In this document: piece by piece, positions 41,196 to 55,024 of the stretch
Layout of the letters: each line of letters opens with the position of its first letter
Position numbering within the stretch: the stretch's first letter is position 1
DNA from: Eledone cirrhosa
Taxonomy: Eukaryota
NCBI GenBank assembly: GCA_964016885.1
Contig: OZ024742.1
Location: 327,484,001 to 327,548,000, forward strand
Length of the DNA: 64,000 bases
Reading direction: 5' to 3'
Position numbers and translations under genes: made by a program
The notes under the pieces: generated by a model
Seen by the model: the letters and a program-made list of their open reading frames with translations, nothing else
What the model was told of the DNA's origin: nothing
Databases searched by the model: none

Positions 41196-41989
41196 CGATT
41201 CACTTTTTGTCTATCCAGTTACGCTCACAAGGCTTAGGTCGACTCAAGGCTATGGTAAATGACATAGTACTTTTCGTTAAAACTATGCCACAAGCTTTAT
41301 TAAATAAAAAAAAAATATTGAAGTTATTTCAAGAGGATAACAGATTGAAAGAACGTTCAGATGTGTTAAGTTACTGCAGACATTCTCCAAAGTTTTTATT
41401 TTGAAATTGTGTACCTTCAAATGGTTGACTGAAGCAGCAAAAAAAAAAAAAAAAAAAATGTAATAATACAATATAGGTTTTTGCCTCTACTACAAGTTAT
41501 TTCCCTTGCAGCGCTATGTCATTACAGACTCAGTTGTCAAGATAAATAGAATTTTCAACTATACACACAATCTTTTTGCCTACCTTATTGATTTGTATAT
41601 TCAGCTCATATCTTCACCATCCTATGTGATCTCTATTTATCAAAGAGCGATTACAACATTAACAAATATTATCGCTTTGATCTTCCTTGTCAGCCACCTA
41701 AATTTGACCATGACATTTTAAAGATTTTTTATTGTAAACTATTTATATACAAAATTTACTGTATTGTAATCATCTACCAAATTTCATTTTCAACATTTCG
41801 CAATCAACAAAAGCTCGACAACAAGAAACTTTGAGCAACTATTTATAAACTATTTCAGCTTCCAGTGAATTATATCACTCTATTTTTAGTATTAAGTACT
41901 TACTTTCATTTACACATATACATATATAGATAAATGTGGACATATATGTTTACATCTATCCATTCATCCGTCCATCCGTCTATCAGTCT

Positions 41990-42026
<37 letters not shown>

Positions 42027-42539
42027 CCGTATATGCTGGCGTACAAGTCGAAATTTGGAGCCTAAACATATCTCTCCAAAGCCAGGGGTCGACTTCTCAG
42101 CCGAATATGAAATGTGGACCTTTATCACTGAGGGGTAAACAGTGAAACTGTCTTCCTAACACTCATTGTGCACCACTTACCATAACTCTAGCAGCCCACC
42201 ACAATTATTTCCTACTTAATCTCATATTTGTTAAGTCTATTTAACGTAGAGATTATAATGATAGGGTAGGTTACGATAGGTTGGTTAAAGTTAGGTTTAG
42301 CTGGTTTACTCAGTGAGGTAGATTTCACTTGTGACTGAACTGTTTTAGAAGTGTCTTAGCCTTTAGCACACCACTAACATTTTTGAATTATTTCTGCTGC
42401 AACTGCATTATTTTTGTGGTACTACCTTAGTTTTGGGGGGTTGTCTTATCTGGCGAATATAGGCCTAAACCCGAATTACACCTCAGAATTTTAGGGGTCG
42501 ATCTATGCGCCGGATCAACTTGTAAGCCTGCATATACGG
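42027..42539. mobile_element. Tc2/pogo-like MITE
   Basis: TIRs CCGTATATGCTGGCGTACAAGTCGA / TCAACTTGTAAGCCTGCATATACGG, flanked by TA. Confidence 0.8.
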
Positions 42540-42696
42540 TATATATAATTTATCTTATGCCAAAATCTCCATTGAGAGAATAGCAGTTAGACAAACTAAT
42601 ATAAGCAAGTCTTGCTCGTATCAAGTCCCCAACTGCAATTCTATTAAATAATGTTTCTTCTTCCAAAGAATCCCTCTGATGAAAGAACTTCTTTCA

Positions 42697-42885
42697 ATAT
42701 TGTTTCTACTTTTGGCACAAGGCCAGCAATTACCCCAGTACATTACTGGTACTTTATTTTATCGACCCCGTTAGGATGAAAGGCAAAGTTTACCTCGGCG
42801 GGATTTGAACTCAGAATGGCAAGGGCCGTAACTCTATGCGTCAAAGCATGGCGTCCGACCCTCTACCGATACTGCCAATCCACTT
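42697..42885 (-). mobile_element. Nin-type SINE with TSD CTTCTTTCAATATT
   Basis: Consensus match with a flanking direct repeat. Confidence 0.85.
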
Positions 42886-44268
42886 ACCTCTTCTTTCAAT
42901 ATTAATTTATTAGGATAGTTAATATAGTTTCTTAATTCTAGAAACTGCAATTGAGGACTTGATACGACCGAACACTGATTATATTGGTTTCTCTAGGTTG
43001 TATAATCCCTAATGAAGATTTTGGCATAAAATAAATATGTTTCAACGTTTCTCTGATTTGATATTTGTCTTTATTTTTCATTGAGATTTCCAAGTATATT
43101 AGAGTCAGGGCGTTTAGGTATTTCGGGGCTCTTCTAGTACTTCAAACCTTCACTACAGTTGAAAGGCTTGGAGAGGCTCATTCTTCTTCCTGCGGAACCC
43201 CTAACACAGCTTTAGACGAAAATATTATCAGCAACCGCTATAGTAAAATTTAAGTCTGTGTGCAGTTATGTGTGTGTGTGATTCAGACAGGCGGCGTATT
43301 TGAAGAGAAGATTAAATGCCCTTATATTTGTTCTAGCTCTCTGCTCTCGCAGTACAAATCTTGCCGAGGTCCACTCATAATTTCATCCATACTGGGTCGA
43401 TATATAACACGCCAGTCCAGGCGTGGAGAAATGCGAAATTGTTGAAGAATCCGACTGAGATGCTTTGCTGTATCTAATCCGTCTCTGTACGTTCTGAGTT
43501 CCCCATCTACTTCTACCAAGAATTGTCATCGACAGATTTCAATAATTGTTTCTATTTTTGGCACAAAGCCAGCGTAATGGAAAGACCAATGGAAAACATT
43601 GTCCAATCTGACGACTGACTTCTTTCTTTTATTTGTTTCAATGTGTGCGTGTGTGTATGTGTGTCTGTATATGCATATATTTGTACGTATGAGCATTATT
43701 GTATGTATTGTGTGTAATCATGTGTATGTCTGTGTGTAGGTTGTGTTGAGGAATGTGCATCATTCTATGTATGTTTGTCCAAGTTCATGTTTGTATATGT
43801 GTGCATATGTGTGCATATATGTATCATTATAGGTATGTTTATGTCCATCTGTCTGTCTATCTATATGTATGTCTAAACAACAACACACACTAACTGCTTC
43901 AATTGTACCCACGCATCCATGTATGTATGTTTGTATGTATGTTCTTCTGGTTTTATAATTTCACAATTTTTTCCCCAATAGACACAAGACTCTCCCATTG
44001 GAATTTACACAACATCAACTAGGTAGGCATGTCTGCATGTCTGCATGTGTAGATATGGATGTTATTGTATGTGTGGATGTGTATGTTTTGAGTTGTATGT
44101 GTGCATGTGTATATGCTTTGTATCTGTACATGTGTATATGCAGTTATTAGATGCAACATTTTTGGAATGTTTTACATATTTTTACTGTTCCATTAATGGA
44201 TTGTACTTGTAATTTCCTATGTATGTATGTATGTATGTATGTATGTATGTATGTATGTATGTATGTAT

Positions 44269-44490
44269 GCAGGGGCCTCTTTTGCCTTTAAAATGTGAGG
44301 GAGACTAACCAATATTTGTTGATTCTTAAAGGAACATGATAGTATTGCTTATGGTGCCTTCCCGGACCCTATCACATAAGTAACACTTTACACTAATTAA
44401 ATTTTATATATTCAAATGAAGTTCAGATATAAAAAAATAAGCTTAAAAAGAATTTATATCAAATAAACAAAAGTAAAACATAGACGTTTC

Positions 44491-44543
<53 letters not shown>

Positions 44544-44563
44544 CCCCCTGAAATAAGGCCCTT
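44269..44563. mobile_element. Probable short-TIR MITE in a (TATG)n tract
   Basis: Imperfect termini CAGGGGCCT ... AGGCCCTTG. Confidence 0.4.
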
Positions 44564-44739
44564 GTATGTATATGTGTATATATATATGTGTACGAGTATG
44601 TATTTTGATCAATTGGGGGTGCAGTTGTTTTGTTATGGAAATCAAACTTTGATTCTCCCTTCCTCTACTCTAGTAGTAATCCTTCATCCACGTAGCCATT
44701 CTTCTGTTTCCCTATTGGTTCACCCTATGTTTTTATACT

Positions 44740-45260
44740 TCTACTACCACCACTACAGCTCAGCTCTATTACCACAGCTATCACCACTACCAACACTTCA
44801 CATTACTTTTACTGCAACCACCACTACCTACGCCTCCCTCACCACTGTTATCACCATCACCCTAACCACCACAACCACTACCAGCACTACCACCGCTACC
44901 ACCGCTACCACCACCACACACCACTAACACCCCCATCCCCACCCCAACATCACCATTAAGACCACGTTTTCCGCCAATACTAACACCATCACCACTACCA
45001 CCGCTACCACCACCACCAACACCCCAACCATCTCTGCCAACACTACCACCATCACCACTAACACCACTACCACCACTAACACCCCAGCTTCACCACTAAC
45101 ACCACCATCTCCACCAACACTAACACCATCATCACTACCACCACTACACATCAAAGCCATCATCATCACCACCACCACCGCACATCACCGCACATCACTT
45201 ATGCAACAACCACCAGTACAGCCATCATTACCACCACTAACCCCAACACTACAATCTCAA
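44740..45260. repeat. Degenerate (ACC)n low-complexity tract
   Basis: Seen directly. Confidence 0.85.
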
Positions 45261-45965
45261 TATTAGCATATACAAATATATATTACAATATTGTTTATAT
45301 TTTGCCTGTTGTTTGCCATATCCGAAATCTTCCTCATTTCCGCATTCTCTCATTGTTTGGATCAATATCTTTCCATGTAATCCTTTCAACTGAAATATTT
45401 TAATGGTTTCTGTGTTGTCAGCTTACACAATCTCATAATTCTATCACCTCGCATTCCTATTTGTGTTGGTCGCACATTGAGACCTTCGGTAGCATCTGAC
45501 CCGTTTTATTCTGCCAAATCTGGAGGAGGGCATCACAACAGAGGAAGAAACCTTGTAACATGGAATGGCTCATTCAGTGGGTATCGCTGGGTGTTTTCTG
45601 CGTCAACGCTTTCGCCATCTTCTCTGTATGGTGTTGCTGATATATACTGTCGGGTTAAGGATGTAAGGTCTTTGATTTTCTCTTTTTTTCTGTCCCCCCT
45701 CTCTCTCTCTCTCTCTCTCTCTCACCCTCTCTCTCACTCTCTCTCTCTCTTCTCTCTCTCTCTCTCCTGATGATTTCTCACGAATGAAACAGTTCTGGTC
45801 CTGTAGACGCTCTTCTATATTAAAACAGTTATACTCTGCTATGTATTGAGTACCTTACTTACTGTGGTTACCCCCGATTCAACCCGGAATAACACACACA
45901 CATATATATATATATTTCTAGCCATATTGTAGTAGGTAGGATGTGTGTCACCATTAATAAACCCT

Positions 45966-46684
45966 ATAATAATTGTTTCTACTTTAGGCACAAGGCCAGC
46001 AATTACCCAGTGCATTACTGGTACTTTATTTTATCGACCCCGTAAGGATGAAAGGCAAAGTCAACCGCGGCAGGATTTGAACTCAGATCGTAAAGGGACG
46101 TAACTATGCTGGAAAGCATGGCGTCCGACCCTCTACCGATACTGCCAATCCACCGCCCTAATAATAATCCACCCTATAATAATTGTTTCTGATTGAGACA
46201 CAAGGCCAACAATTTGGGGGAGAGGAAAGTCGACCCTAGTACATTACTGGTACTTTATATCATTATCGACCCTCGTTAGGGTGATAACTGAATGCCACAA
46301 AGCATTTAATCCGACGCTCTACCGATTACTCAAATCCTCGTCCTCACCACTTCTGTATAAATAAAGATTTCTGATTTAGGCACAAGGCCAGCAATTTTTT
46401 TTTTGGGGGGGGGGGGAGAAAGTCGATTAAATCGACCCCCAGTGCGTGACTAGTACTTTATTTTATCGACCCCATAAGGATGAAAAGCTAAGGTAACCTC
46501 GGCAGAATTCTAACTCAGAAGGTAAAGGGCCGTAACTCTATGCAACAAAGTATGTTTTCTGACGCTCTACCGATACAGCTACATGTGTATAATTAATTGT
46601 TTCTATTTTTGGCACAAGGCCAGCAGTTACCCCAGTGCATTACTGGTACTTTATTTTATCGACCCCATAAGGATGAAAGGCAAT
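45966..46684 (-). mobile_element. Cluster of four Nin-type SINEs of different ages
   Basis: Units at ~45966-46158 (TSD ACCCTATAATAATT), 46177-46340, 46365-46577 and 46593-46684. Confidence 0.85.
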
Positions 46685-46799
46685 GTGATAGTTACCTTTA
46701 TTTCATTACTGTTCAATGTCTTAGATATCCTATTACTGTTTAGTTATTCATCAAGAAATGTATATCTACTTCCAAATATGTCATCCCTAAGTTGGTCAA

Positions 46800-47130
46800 C
46801 TTCGCAGACCCTGCCAACTACCAGCCTTTCAAATTTATAACAGACCAAAGATGATGGCAGCAATAGTACACAACAGCTGCTTTGCTCCCTTGAGTAATTC
46901 TATCCTATACAATGACCACAATTCCTTCTAATTAGTAAAGTTTCCGTAGATGCTGTTCACGTGGAGACTTTCTGACACACATCATACGCAAGATATGTTC
47001 TGACTTTTAAAATCCCGCCGAAAACAATGTTATTATCCCAAACGTGTGAAACACTCGACAATGTCTGGCACGATGACTTCTTAGCTAAGTTGTTCGTCTA
47101 TGGAATCCAGTTTTCTATATCCGCTTGGAT
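46800..47130 (+). mobile_element. Decayed CR1/L2-group RT fragment
   Basis: DPANYQP and LDNVWHDDFLAKLFVYGI resemble the NYRPI and KAFD.VWH..LL.KL..YGI motifs. Confidence 0.55.
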
Positions 47131-47214
47131 CAGAAGATCAGAAGTATGTTGTTAGAGTGGTCTATCTCATCAACATAATACCATCTCTACATACATCCTC
47201 AGGAATTGGCGTAA

Positions 47215-47790
47215 TGCAGACAGCCAGACATACAGACAGATATTATAAGGCTGCGACGTTATATGTATGTATCTATCTAAAAAGAGAAAGACTAAGAATT
47301 ATAGAGAGAGATCGCTAAATCGCCTAATGCGGTCCCTAGGGTATTGAAAATTTGAAATTTCTTTTGCTCAGAACACTCCCTGAAACATAAGTACTACATG
47401 TGTAAAGTTTGAAAAGAGTCGGTTGGGTGGTTCTCGAGCTTTAGGGATTCGAACTCACACACACAGAGACAGACATCTTCAGTTTTATATATATAGACTA
47501 GCAGAAAACCATATGCGGGGCGGTTTTCTGCTAGTCTATATATATAAAACAGAGAATGTCTGTCTGTCTGTCAGCTCACTAAAACCTGAGAACCATCCAA
47601 CTGATTGTTTTCAAACTTTAAACATGTAATACTTATGGTCCTGTGAGTGTTTTGAGCAAAAATTATTTCAAATTTTCAATGCCCTAGGGACCGCATTAGA
47701 TGATTTAGCGTTCTCTCTATATAATTCTTAGTCTTTCTTTTTAGATAGATACATAGATATAACGTTGCACCCTTATAATATCTCTCTGTA
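47215..47790. mobile_element. Two diverged Helitron-like 5' ends back to back, each preceded by a 3'-end remnant (..TTTTCTGCTAG|TCTATATATATAAAAC)
   Basis: Perfect 29-bp inverted repeat 47482-47510 / 47522-47550; the outer arms are homologous but diverged. Confidence 0.7.
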
Positions 47791-48124
47791 TGCATTACGT
47801 CATTATGACGCGCTCAGCGCGATTCCCTCGGCCTCAGTGACCAAAGTCAGTGGAGAGGGGAAGGTGGTGTTTCTGTAGCACGTGTTTTAGCGTCTATTCA
47901 CTCTCTCTCTCTCCCTCTCTCCCTCCCGCTATCCCCCTCTCGTAGTCTGTCTCTTTCTTTCACTTTCACTCTCTCTCTACGCACGTGTTTCCACTGTCGG
48001 ACAGACTGACAGAGATATTGCTGGTTATATATATAAGTAGATAATATATAATGTATAATATAATATAATATAATACATAATATATATATATATAATATAT
48101 ATGTATAATATATAAAATATATAT

Positions 48125-48899
48125 ATATATATAAAATTAAGTATGTGTGTGTGTGTCTGTGTGTCTGTGTATTACCTATAGGGGCCTACATCTTACAACC
48201 GATTTTCATGAAACTTTACAGGCTCATAGATTAGTGATCGGAGAGTGTTTTCTATATATCAGCGTATCGTTTTTTTTTTTTAATTATTCCGGGGTGATTC
48301 TGCATTTTTTAGGTATCGAAAAATAAGATTTTGGGCTCTAGCTCCCACATTTTGCCACCGATTTCGTTCAAATTTTAAAGCAAAATAGAATTTATCATTG
48401 CACATCCTGTAATGGCTTTATATTTTGCATTTGTTGTTCAGGGACGGCGTGGCAACCACTTAAATATTCAAAAATACCACTTTTAGTTTCAAATTTCCAC
48501 TTTTTCGGCTCTAGCTCCCACATTAATCAACCTACATTGTTCAAATTTTACACTACGCTAGATCGGATTATTTCACGTCAGAAAGTAGCTTTACATTTTG
48601 GAGCTTTTGTTCATGAACGGCGTGGCAGCCGCTTAAATATTAGAAAATACCACCTTTTCGCTCAAATTTCCGCCTTTTCGGCTGTAGCCGATTTCGTTCA
48701 AATTCGAAACTCCCTCCCCCAGCATGCCCCTTCGTCAGTCACCCGCGTTTCTCAGTGATAGAGGTCATCAACACCCTCCCCCGCATGGCCTGTGTGTGGC
48801 CATAGATGAGTCATTGAGAAGCAGTCGCTAAGATCAACACCTTTTCATCAAAGCAGATATTATTTTAGCTACCCAGGCAACGTTGGGTACTGCTGCTAG
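48125..48899 (+). mobile_element. Non-autonomous Helitron (family H1)
   Basis: Starts TATATAAAATTAAGTATGTG; ends ACCCAGGCAACGTTGGGT..CTAG-T. Confidence 0.85.
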
Positions 48900-48914
48900 T
48901 ATATACATAATATA

Positions 48915-48963
<49 letters not shown>

Positions 48964-49271
48964 CGAACAGCAGAGGACACGTACCGTTCCTCTCCGACGG
49001 ATAACCTCCCCCCCCCGGAAAATCCCCCATTTGATGGATGCGAACCCGAAATATAGAGACAATTAAATGTCTCCCATGGTGTTATCTCGTGTTATCATTT
49101 TTATTTTTGACGCACTTTCCTACGTTCCTCTACACACTATACATCTCATTCTACATTCCCTTACATATCTCTCTTCACCACCGGATCTTGTTACCCGGAG
49201 AATTACCCATCTGCATTGTTGAGGCTTCCAAAACGTCCATAAGAAAATAAATCTTAATATATATATATATA

Positions 49272-49378
49272 TAATTGTTTCTACTTTTGGCACAAGGCCA
49301 GCAATTCACCAGTGTATTACTGGTACTTTATTTTATCGACCCCGTAAGGATGAAAGGCAAAGTTAACCTCGACGGGAT
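49272..49378 (-). mobile_element. Truncated Nin-type SINE
   Basis: 3' half of the consensus. Confidence 0.8.
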
Positions 49379-49536
49379 TATATATATAATATATATATAT
49401 ATAATATATATATATAATATATATATATATAATATATATATATAATATATATATAGATAATATATATATATTATATATATATATAATATATATATAATAT
49501 ATATATAATATATATAATATATATAATATATATATA

Positions 49537-50547
49537 TCTGTATATATATAAAATTAAGTATGTGTGTGTGTCTGTGTATTACCTATAGGGGCCTACATCT
49601 TACGACCGATTTTCATGAACCTTTACAGGCTCATAGATTAATCATCAGGGAGTGCTTTCTATATATCAGCATATCTTTTTTTTTATTCCGGGGTCATTCT
49701 GCAGATAAAAATCGATGGGGGGGGGGGGGGTCATCTTCTTTTAGGTATCGAAAAATAAGATTTTTAGCTCTAGCTCCCTCATTTTGCCATCGATTTCGTT
49801 CAACCTTTAAAGCAAAATAGAATTTATCATTGCACATCCTGTAATCGCTTTATATTTTGCATTTGTTGTTCAGGGACGGTGTGGCAGCCGCTTAAATATT
49901 CAGAAATACCACTTTTAGACTCAAATTTTCACTTCGGCTCTAACACCCACATTAATCAACCTACTTTGTTCAAATTTTACACAACGCTAGATCTGATTAT
50001 TTCATGTCTTAAAGTGGCTTTACATTTTGGATTTATTGTCCATGAACGGCGTGACAGCCGCTTAAATATTCGAAAATACCACCTTTTCGCTCAAATTTCC
50101 GCCCTTTCGGCTCTAGCTCTCACATTTTTCAACCGATTTCGTTCAAATTCGAAACTTCGGCTCCACCTCACACACAAATCAATTTATTTGGTTCAACTTT
50201 TATACTACAGTGGAACCTATCATTGCACATCTTATAGATGGTCAAGGGTAAAACGATGGCCACTGATGTCGTCTGAGCTTTTAGTTGTGTATTTGAGAAT
50301 TCATCGGTTTCCAATCAAATAGCGTGAGGAAATTTGTCTTAGTGTTAGAGGTAATTACCTTCCTCCCCCAGCATGCCCCTTCGTAAGTCACCCGCGTTTC
50401 TCAGTGATAGAGGTCATAGCCACCCTCCCCCGCATGGCCTGTGTGTGGCCATAGATGAGTCATCGAGAAGCAGTCGCTAAGATCAACACCTTTTCATCAA
50501 AGCAGATATTATTTTACCTACCCATGCAACGCTGGGTACTGCTGCTA

Positions 50548-50548
<1 letters not shown>
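49537..50548 (+). mobile_element. Non-autonomous Helitron (family H1)
   Basis: A|TC 5' end, 3' hairpin plus CTAG|T, and internal ~180-bp tandem units. Confidence 0.9.
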
Positions 50549-50607
<59 letters not shown>

Positions 50608-50726
50608 AGTATTATTAATGTGCAGTCTGTGATCTGACTACAGGCCACTGACTTGATCCTGAAGAAACTATTAATCTCTAGTATGGTACTCGTTCTTGTT
50701 ACCGTCAACAAAAAAAGGATATATAA

Positions 50727-50860
<134 letters not shown>

Positions 50861-51199
50861 CCTGCGGCACGAATATGGGGAAGACCATAAATGAGGTTAG
50901 TAGTCAATGCATGATGAAATGCAGGTTGGGTTTATTGAAGAGGTATAACCCCGCTGTATCCCTGCAGTTTTGGCTTGTTTTCTAGGGTACGTATATAAAG
51001 CTTTTAATTTAGACGGTATTAGTTGTTTATCTGAATGGCTGGAACACTAAGACGGAATTTGTGAGGTCCAGAGTTCGATCTTTGTAGCGACTATTGACCG
51101 TTTATAAGGCTGCTTTATACGATTTTCTAAGCTATTGTTTCCAACAAAGGACTGTGGCTACAGTTATTTTATGCGTTTGGAACTTCTACATCTTCTACG

Positions 51200-51319
<120 letters not shown>

Positions 51320-51944
51320 CTTCTAGTGTTATACCACTATATATATATATATATATATAGGAAAAGAGTCAGCATCCCGACGACTGAGCTCCGGCCGTAT
51401 TTTTTTCTTAATATTACCCACTCTACTACCCTATGTATCGAGTACTCTGGTGCGTTATGGTCCACCTGGTTCCTTACCACACTTTCTTCGTTATATATAG
51501 TTGGAACATACACACACAAACTCGCATACATTGACATATATGGAGAGAGATTGAGAGAGAGAGAGGGGGAGAGAGATAGGGAAACAGAACGTTGTATCTG
51601 AATGCATGTATGTAGGTAGATATTTCTGGAGCTGTGCCAAGCTCAATGTCCCCAGCTGTAGTCAGTACAGTACAGTACAGAGATGGTACAGGCCAGAGAT
51701 GACGTGTTAAGTCCCTCTGTGCCATCACACAACCGTTGTCTCTATTTGTCCACAAACATTGCTCTGGCCTTTGTTTAACAACTTAAGGGGAATGTCACAG
51801 ACAGGGACACATCCAGACTCTAACATATACACTCGCATACACTCACTCACTGAAACGCACAATCATACTGATACAAACACATATACACACATACACACCC
51901 CTACTCATATACATACTCACACACACACATACACACAGATACTC

Positions 51945-52077
<133 letters not shown>

Positions 52078-52078
52078 C

Positions 52079-52140
<62 letters not shown>

Positions 52141-52522
52141 GCTCACACATACACACATACATACTCACGCATTCATACACACTCATAGCCAGACATACAG
52201 TATAACAACATACTCATACGTACATATATATAGGCACACTTACAGACAGACCAACAGATAGAGAGATGAATTGAGTGACAGAGACACAGACAGATATCTA
52301 AGGACAGTAGTGTAGCTAGAGGGGCACGAGGAGGGCGGTCCATCCCAGGTGACACCTTTATGAGGGCTGGCACGTTTGGGTCTGCTGTAGGTTATAAGCG
52401 TTCTTTCAATGCTGCAGCATAATATGGTAATTGTACATAGACTAGTTATTATATATATATATATATATATAAGGGTGAAAGCAGCGATTCTTTGCTGAAA
52501 CTTTAATCTGTTATTTTAATAA

Positions 52523-52566
<44 letters not shown>

Positions 52567-52567
52567 C

Positions 52568-52615
<48 letters not shown>

Positions 52616-52620
<5 letters not shown>

Positions 52621-52787
52621 AGTAAGTAAGACCCCGACGGCTGAGCTCAAGCCGTTTCGAGCCGTCGAAACGGCTTGAGCTCAGCCGTCGGGGTCTTACT
52701 TACTCCTATTACCCACTCTACTACCCTAAGTATTGAGTACTTTGGTGCGTTATGGTCCACCTGGTTCCTTACCACTTTTCCTTCGCT
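52616..52787 (+). mobile_element. Family B micro fold-back: perfect 45-bp arms (52616-52660 / 52665-52709), 4-nt loop, ~78-nt tail
   Basis: Exact reverse complement with (TA)n on both sides. Confidence 0.9.
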
Positions 52788-52810
52788 ATATATATATATA
52801 TATATATATA

Positions 52811-53228
52811 TATACGATATTAATAAATGGAAACTATATTTATAAAACCATATTTATTTCATTATACATATTTCAGGGATACCAGATTAAATTATGGTAT
52901 GCCTTCATCAGACAAAATACAATATATAACAGTTTTACAAATAGGTTTGACGTACCCTTTAAAATACAGCCATTACTTTTGGAGGCTGTATTTTAAAGGG
53001 TACGTCAAACCTATTTGTAAAACTGTTATATATTGTATTTTGTCTGATGAAGGCATACCATAATTTAATCTGGTATCCCTGAAATATGTATAATGAAATA
53101 AATATGGTTTTATAAATATAGTTTCCATTTATTAATATCGTATATCTACTCCAAAAATTTGTCGAGTGCTTTATATCAGTTATAAAAATATTTACTTGTT
53201 GTATCCCAACAATTTTAAATAGAACTTT

Positions 53229-53230
<2 letters not shown>
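52811..53230 (+). mobile_element. Family D fold-back: 161-bp apparently perfect arms (52811-52971 / 52984-53144) plus tail
   Basis: Reverse-complement arms, each containing a hammerhead; (TA)n on both sides. Confidence 0.9.
53036..53100 (+). ncRNA. Hammerhead motif (inverted twin at 52855-52919, minus strand)
   Basis: TATTTTGT-CTGATGA-AGGCATACCA taatttaatc TGGTATCCCT-GAAA-TATGTA-TA-ATGAAATA. Confidence 0.75.
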
Positions 53231-53296
<66 letters not shown>

Positions 53297-53324
53297 AGTG
53301 TGTGTGTGCGTGTGTGTGTGTGTG

Positions 53325-53642
53325 TGTATTCTGCAGAGATTCTTTTGGTAAAAACAGGAGCAAGCAGGAGAAAGATCTCAACATTCGTAGTTTTACGTTA
53401 CCATGGAGAATTTTTAAATAAAAATAACAAAATAATAATGCTGATGTTACATAAATCGTTTATTCGTTATAATTATTTCCAGGGTTCTCCATGCAATCAA
53501 GAAGTCCTTCATGCATTTGTTGTTGTTATGAGAACGGTGTACCGTTCTCATAACAACAACGAATGCATGCATTACATCTTGATTGCATGGGAGAACCGTT
53601 GAAATAATTATAATGAATAAATGATTTATGTAACATCAGCAT
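53325..53642 (-). mobile_element. Diverged fold-back insert, arms ~53437-53538 / 53541-53642
   Basis: Reverse-complement arms meeting at GAACGGT-GT-ACCGTTC. Confidence 0.75.
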
Positions 53643-53654
53643 CTTTATTAATGT

Positions 53655-53842
53655 TGGTGGATTGGCAGTATCGGTAGAGAGTCGGACACCATGCTTTGAA
53701 GCATAGAGTTACGTTCCTTTATGATCTAAGTTCAATTCCCGCCATGGTTAACTTTGCCTTTCATCCTTACGGGGTCGATAAAATAAAGTACCAGTAATGT
53801 ACTGGGTATTTGCTGGCCTTGTGCCTAAAATAGAAACAATTA
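53655..53842 (+). mobile_element. Nin-type SINE
   Basis: Consensus match. Confidence 0.85.
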
Positions 53843-54176
53843 TATATATATATACATATATATATATTTAACCATCTAGCATTCACATTGCTCTATATGT
53901 ACTATTATATTTTCATGGTAAAAGCTTCACCTCGCATAATTATCTCACATAATATCGAATCTATGAGATTTTGAAAGTATTTATTTTGAGAACGATACCT
54001 TAACATCAGTTTACGTGACCAGTTACAGCCAGTTTCAACAGAAAAAGGTGGAGAATTCTGGCCCGTTTTGGCCGGTTTGAACATTAAAGGGATAAAGAAA
54101 ACAAGAAACGAAGAAACAAGAAGATGCATTAACATGAAGTCGTGTTAGTCTCACACTTAAAAGAAAGGGAGTTAAA

Positions 54177-54212
54177 TAATCAACGTATCGGGCGTTTGCC
54201 CTTCATCAGGAA
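54177..54212 (-). ncRNA. PLE-type hammerhead motif with GAAA changed to GATA
   Basis: CTGATGA-A-GGGC aaac GCCC-GATA-CGTTG. Confidence 0.55.
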
Positions 54213-55024
54213 AAACTGCGTTCAGAATGTAGAAAGGGACAGAATACAAAGGGAAAAATGAAAAGAAAAAACAAATTTAATAAAGTTAAAAATAAAATAA
54301 AAAGGAAAGAGGAGGAGAAGGAGTTGTGATGGGTGGAGGAGTAGTCCGGTGTGGGGGTGTGGGAGTCGTGGTGAGGGCTGAAGGCGTATAGTTGGTGGGG
54401 TGTGTGCATATTATGCTGCGAGTGTATGTGTGTGGGTGTTAAGGAGGTTGTTGGTGGAAGTGTGTGTGTGTGAATTTGTATACACATGCGTCCACGCGCG
54501 CCCACTCACACCCATGAATATGCACACAAACACACACATGTATATGTGTACACATACATACACACGTATTCCTGTGTACGCACTTGTGCATATGTGTGCG
54601 CGTGTGTATGTTTGTATTGTGTGTATTATGTAGTTACATTATTGGTGTACGCATGTGTGTGCGTATGTATGTGTGTGTGTGTGTGTGTGCGCGGATGGGT
54701 TAGGGTGGGTTTTAATATCTAGTATGGTCCGAGTTGGGCTTTTATAACCAGTAGGGCCCAATGTGGTAAGTCCGAAGTATATGGTGGCCGTGTGTAAAGT
54801 GGAAGAGAAAGGAATTGTGGGTGAGTGGTAGCCACAGGAAGTTTGCGGGTATCCATGTGTGTGTGGGGGTGGGGTGGGGGTGCAGAGCTGTAAGGGAGTA
54901 TTAAGGGGTGGGGGTGGATGTTATGGTCAGCGGTGAGAGTGTAGAGGACGGAAGTTGAAGGAGTGTGTAGTGGGTGAGAGAGTTGGTTTGACAAAGTGGG
55001 GGCTGCCAGGGTGTATGGTACGGA

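Noticed and set aside
42674-42958. Hammerhead split by a SINE insertion (CTGATGA..TTCTA GAAA)
   Set aside because: After removing the SINE, stems I and III do not pair well enough to support it.
49879-50322. 147-aa ORF repeated at 34456-34743 and 48537-48758
   Set aside because: Lies inside non-autonomous Helitron internal repeats, with no Rep/helicase motifs.
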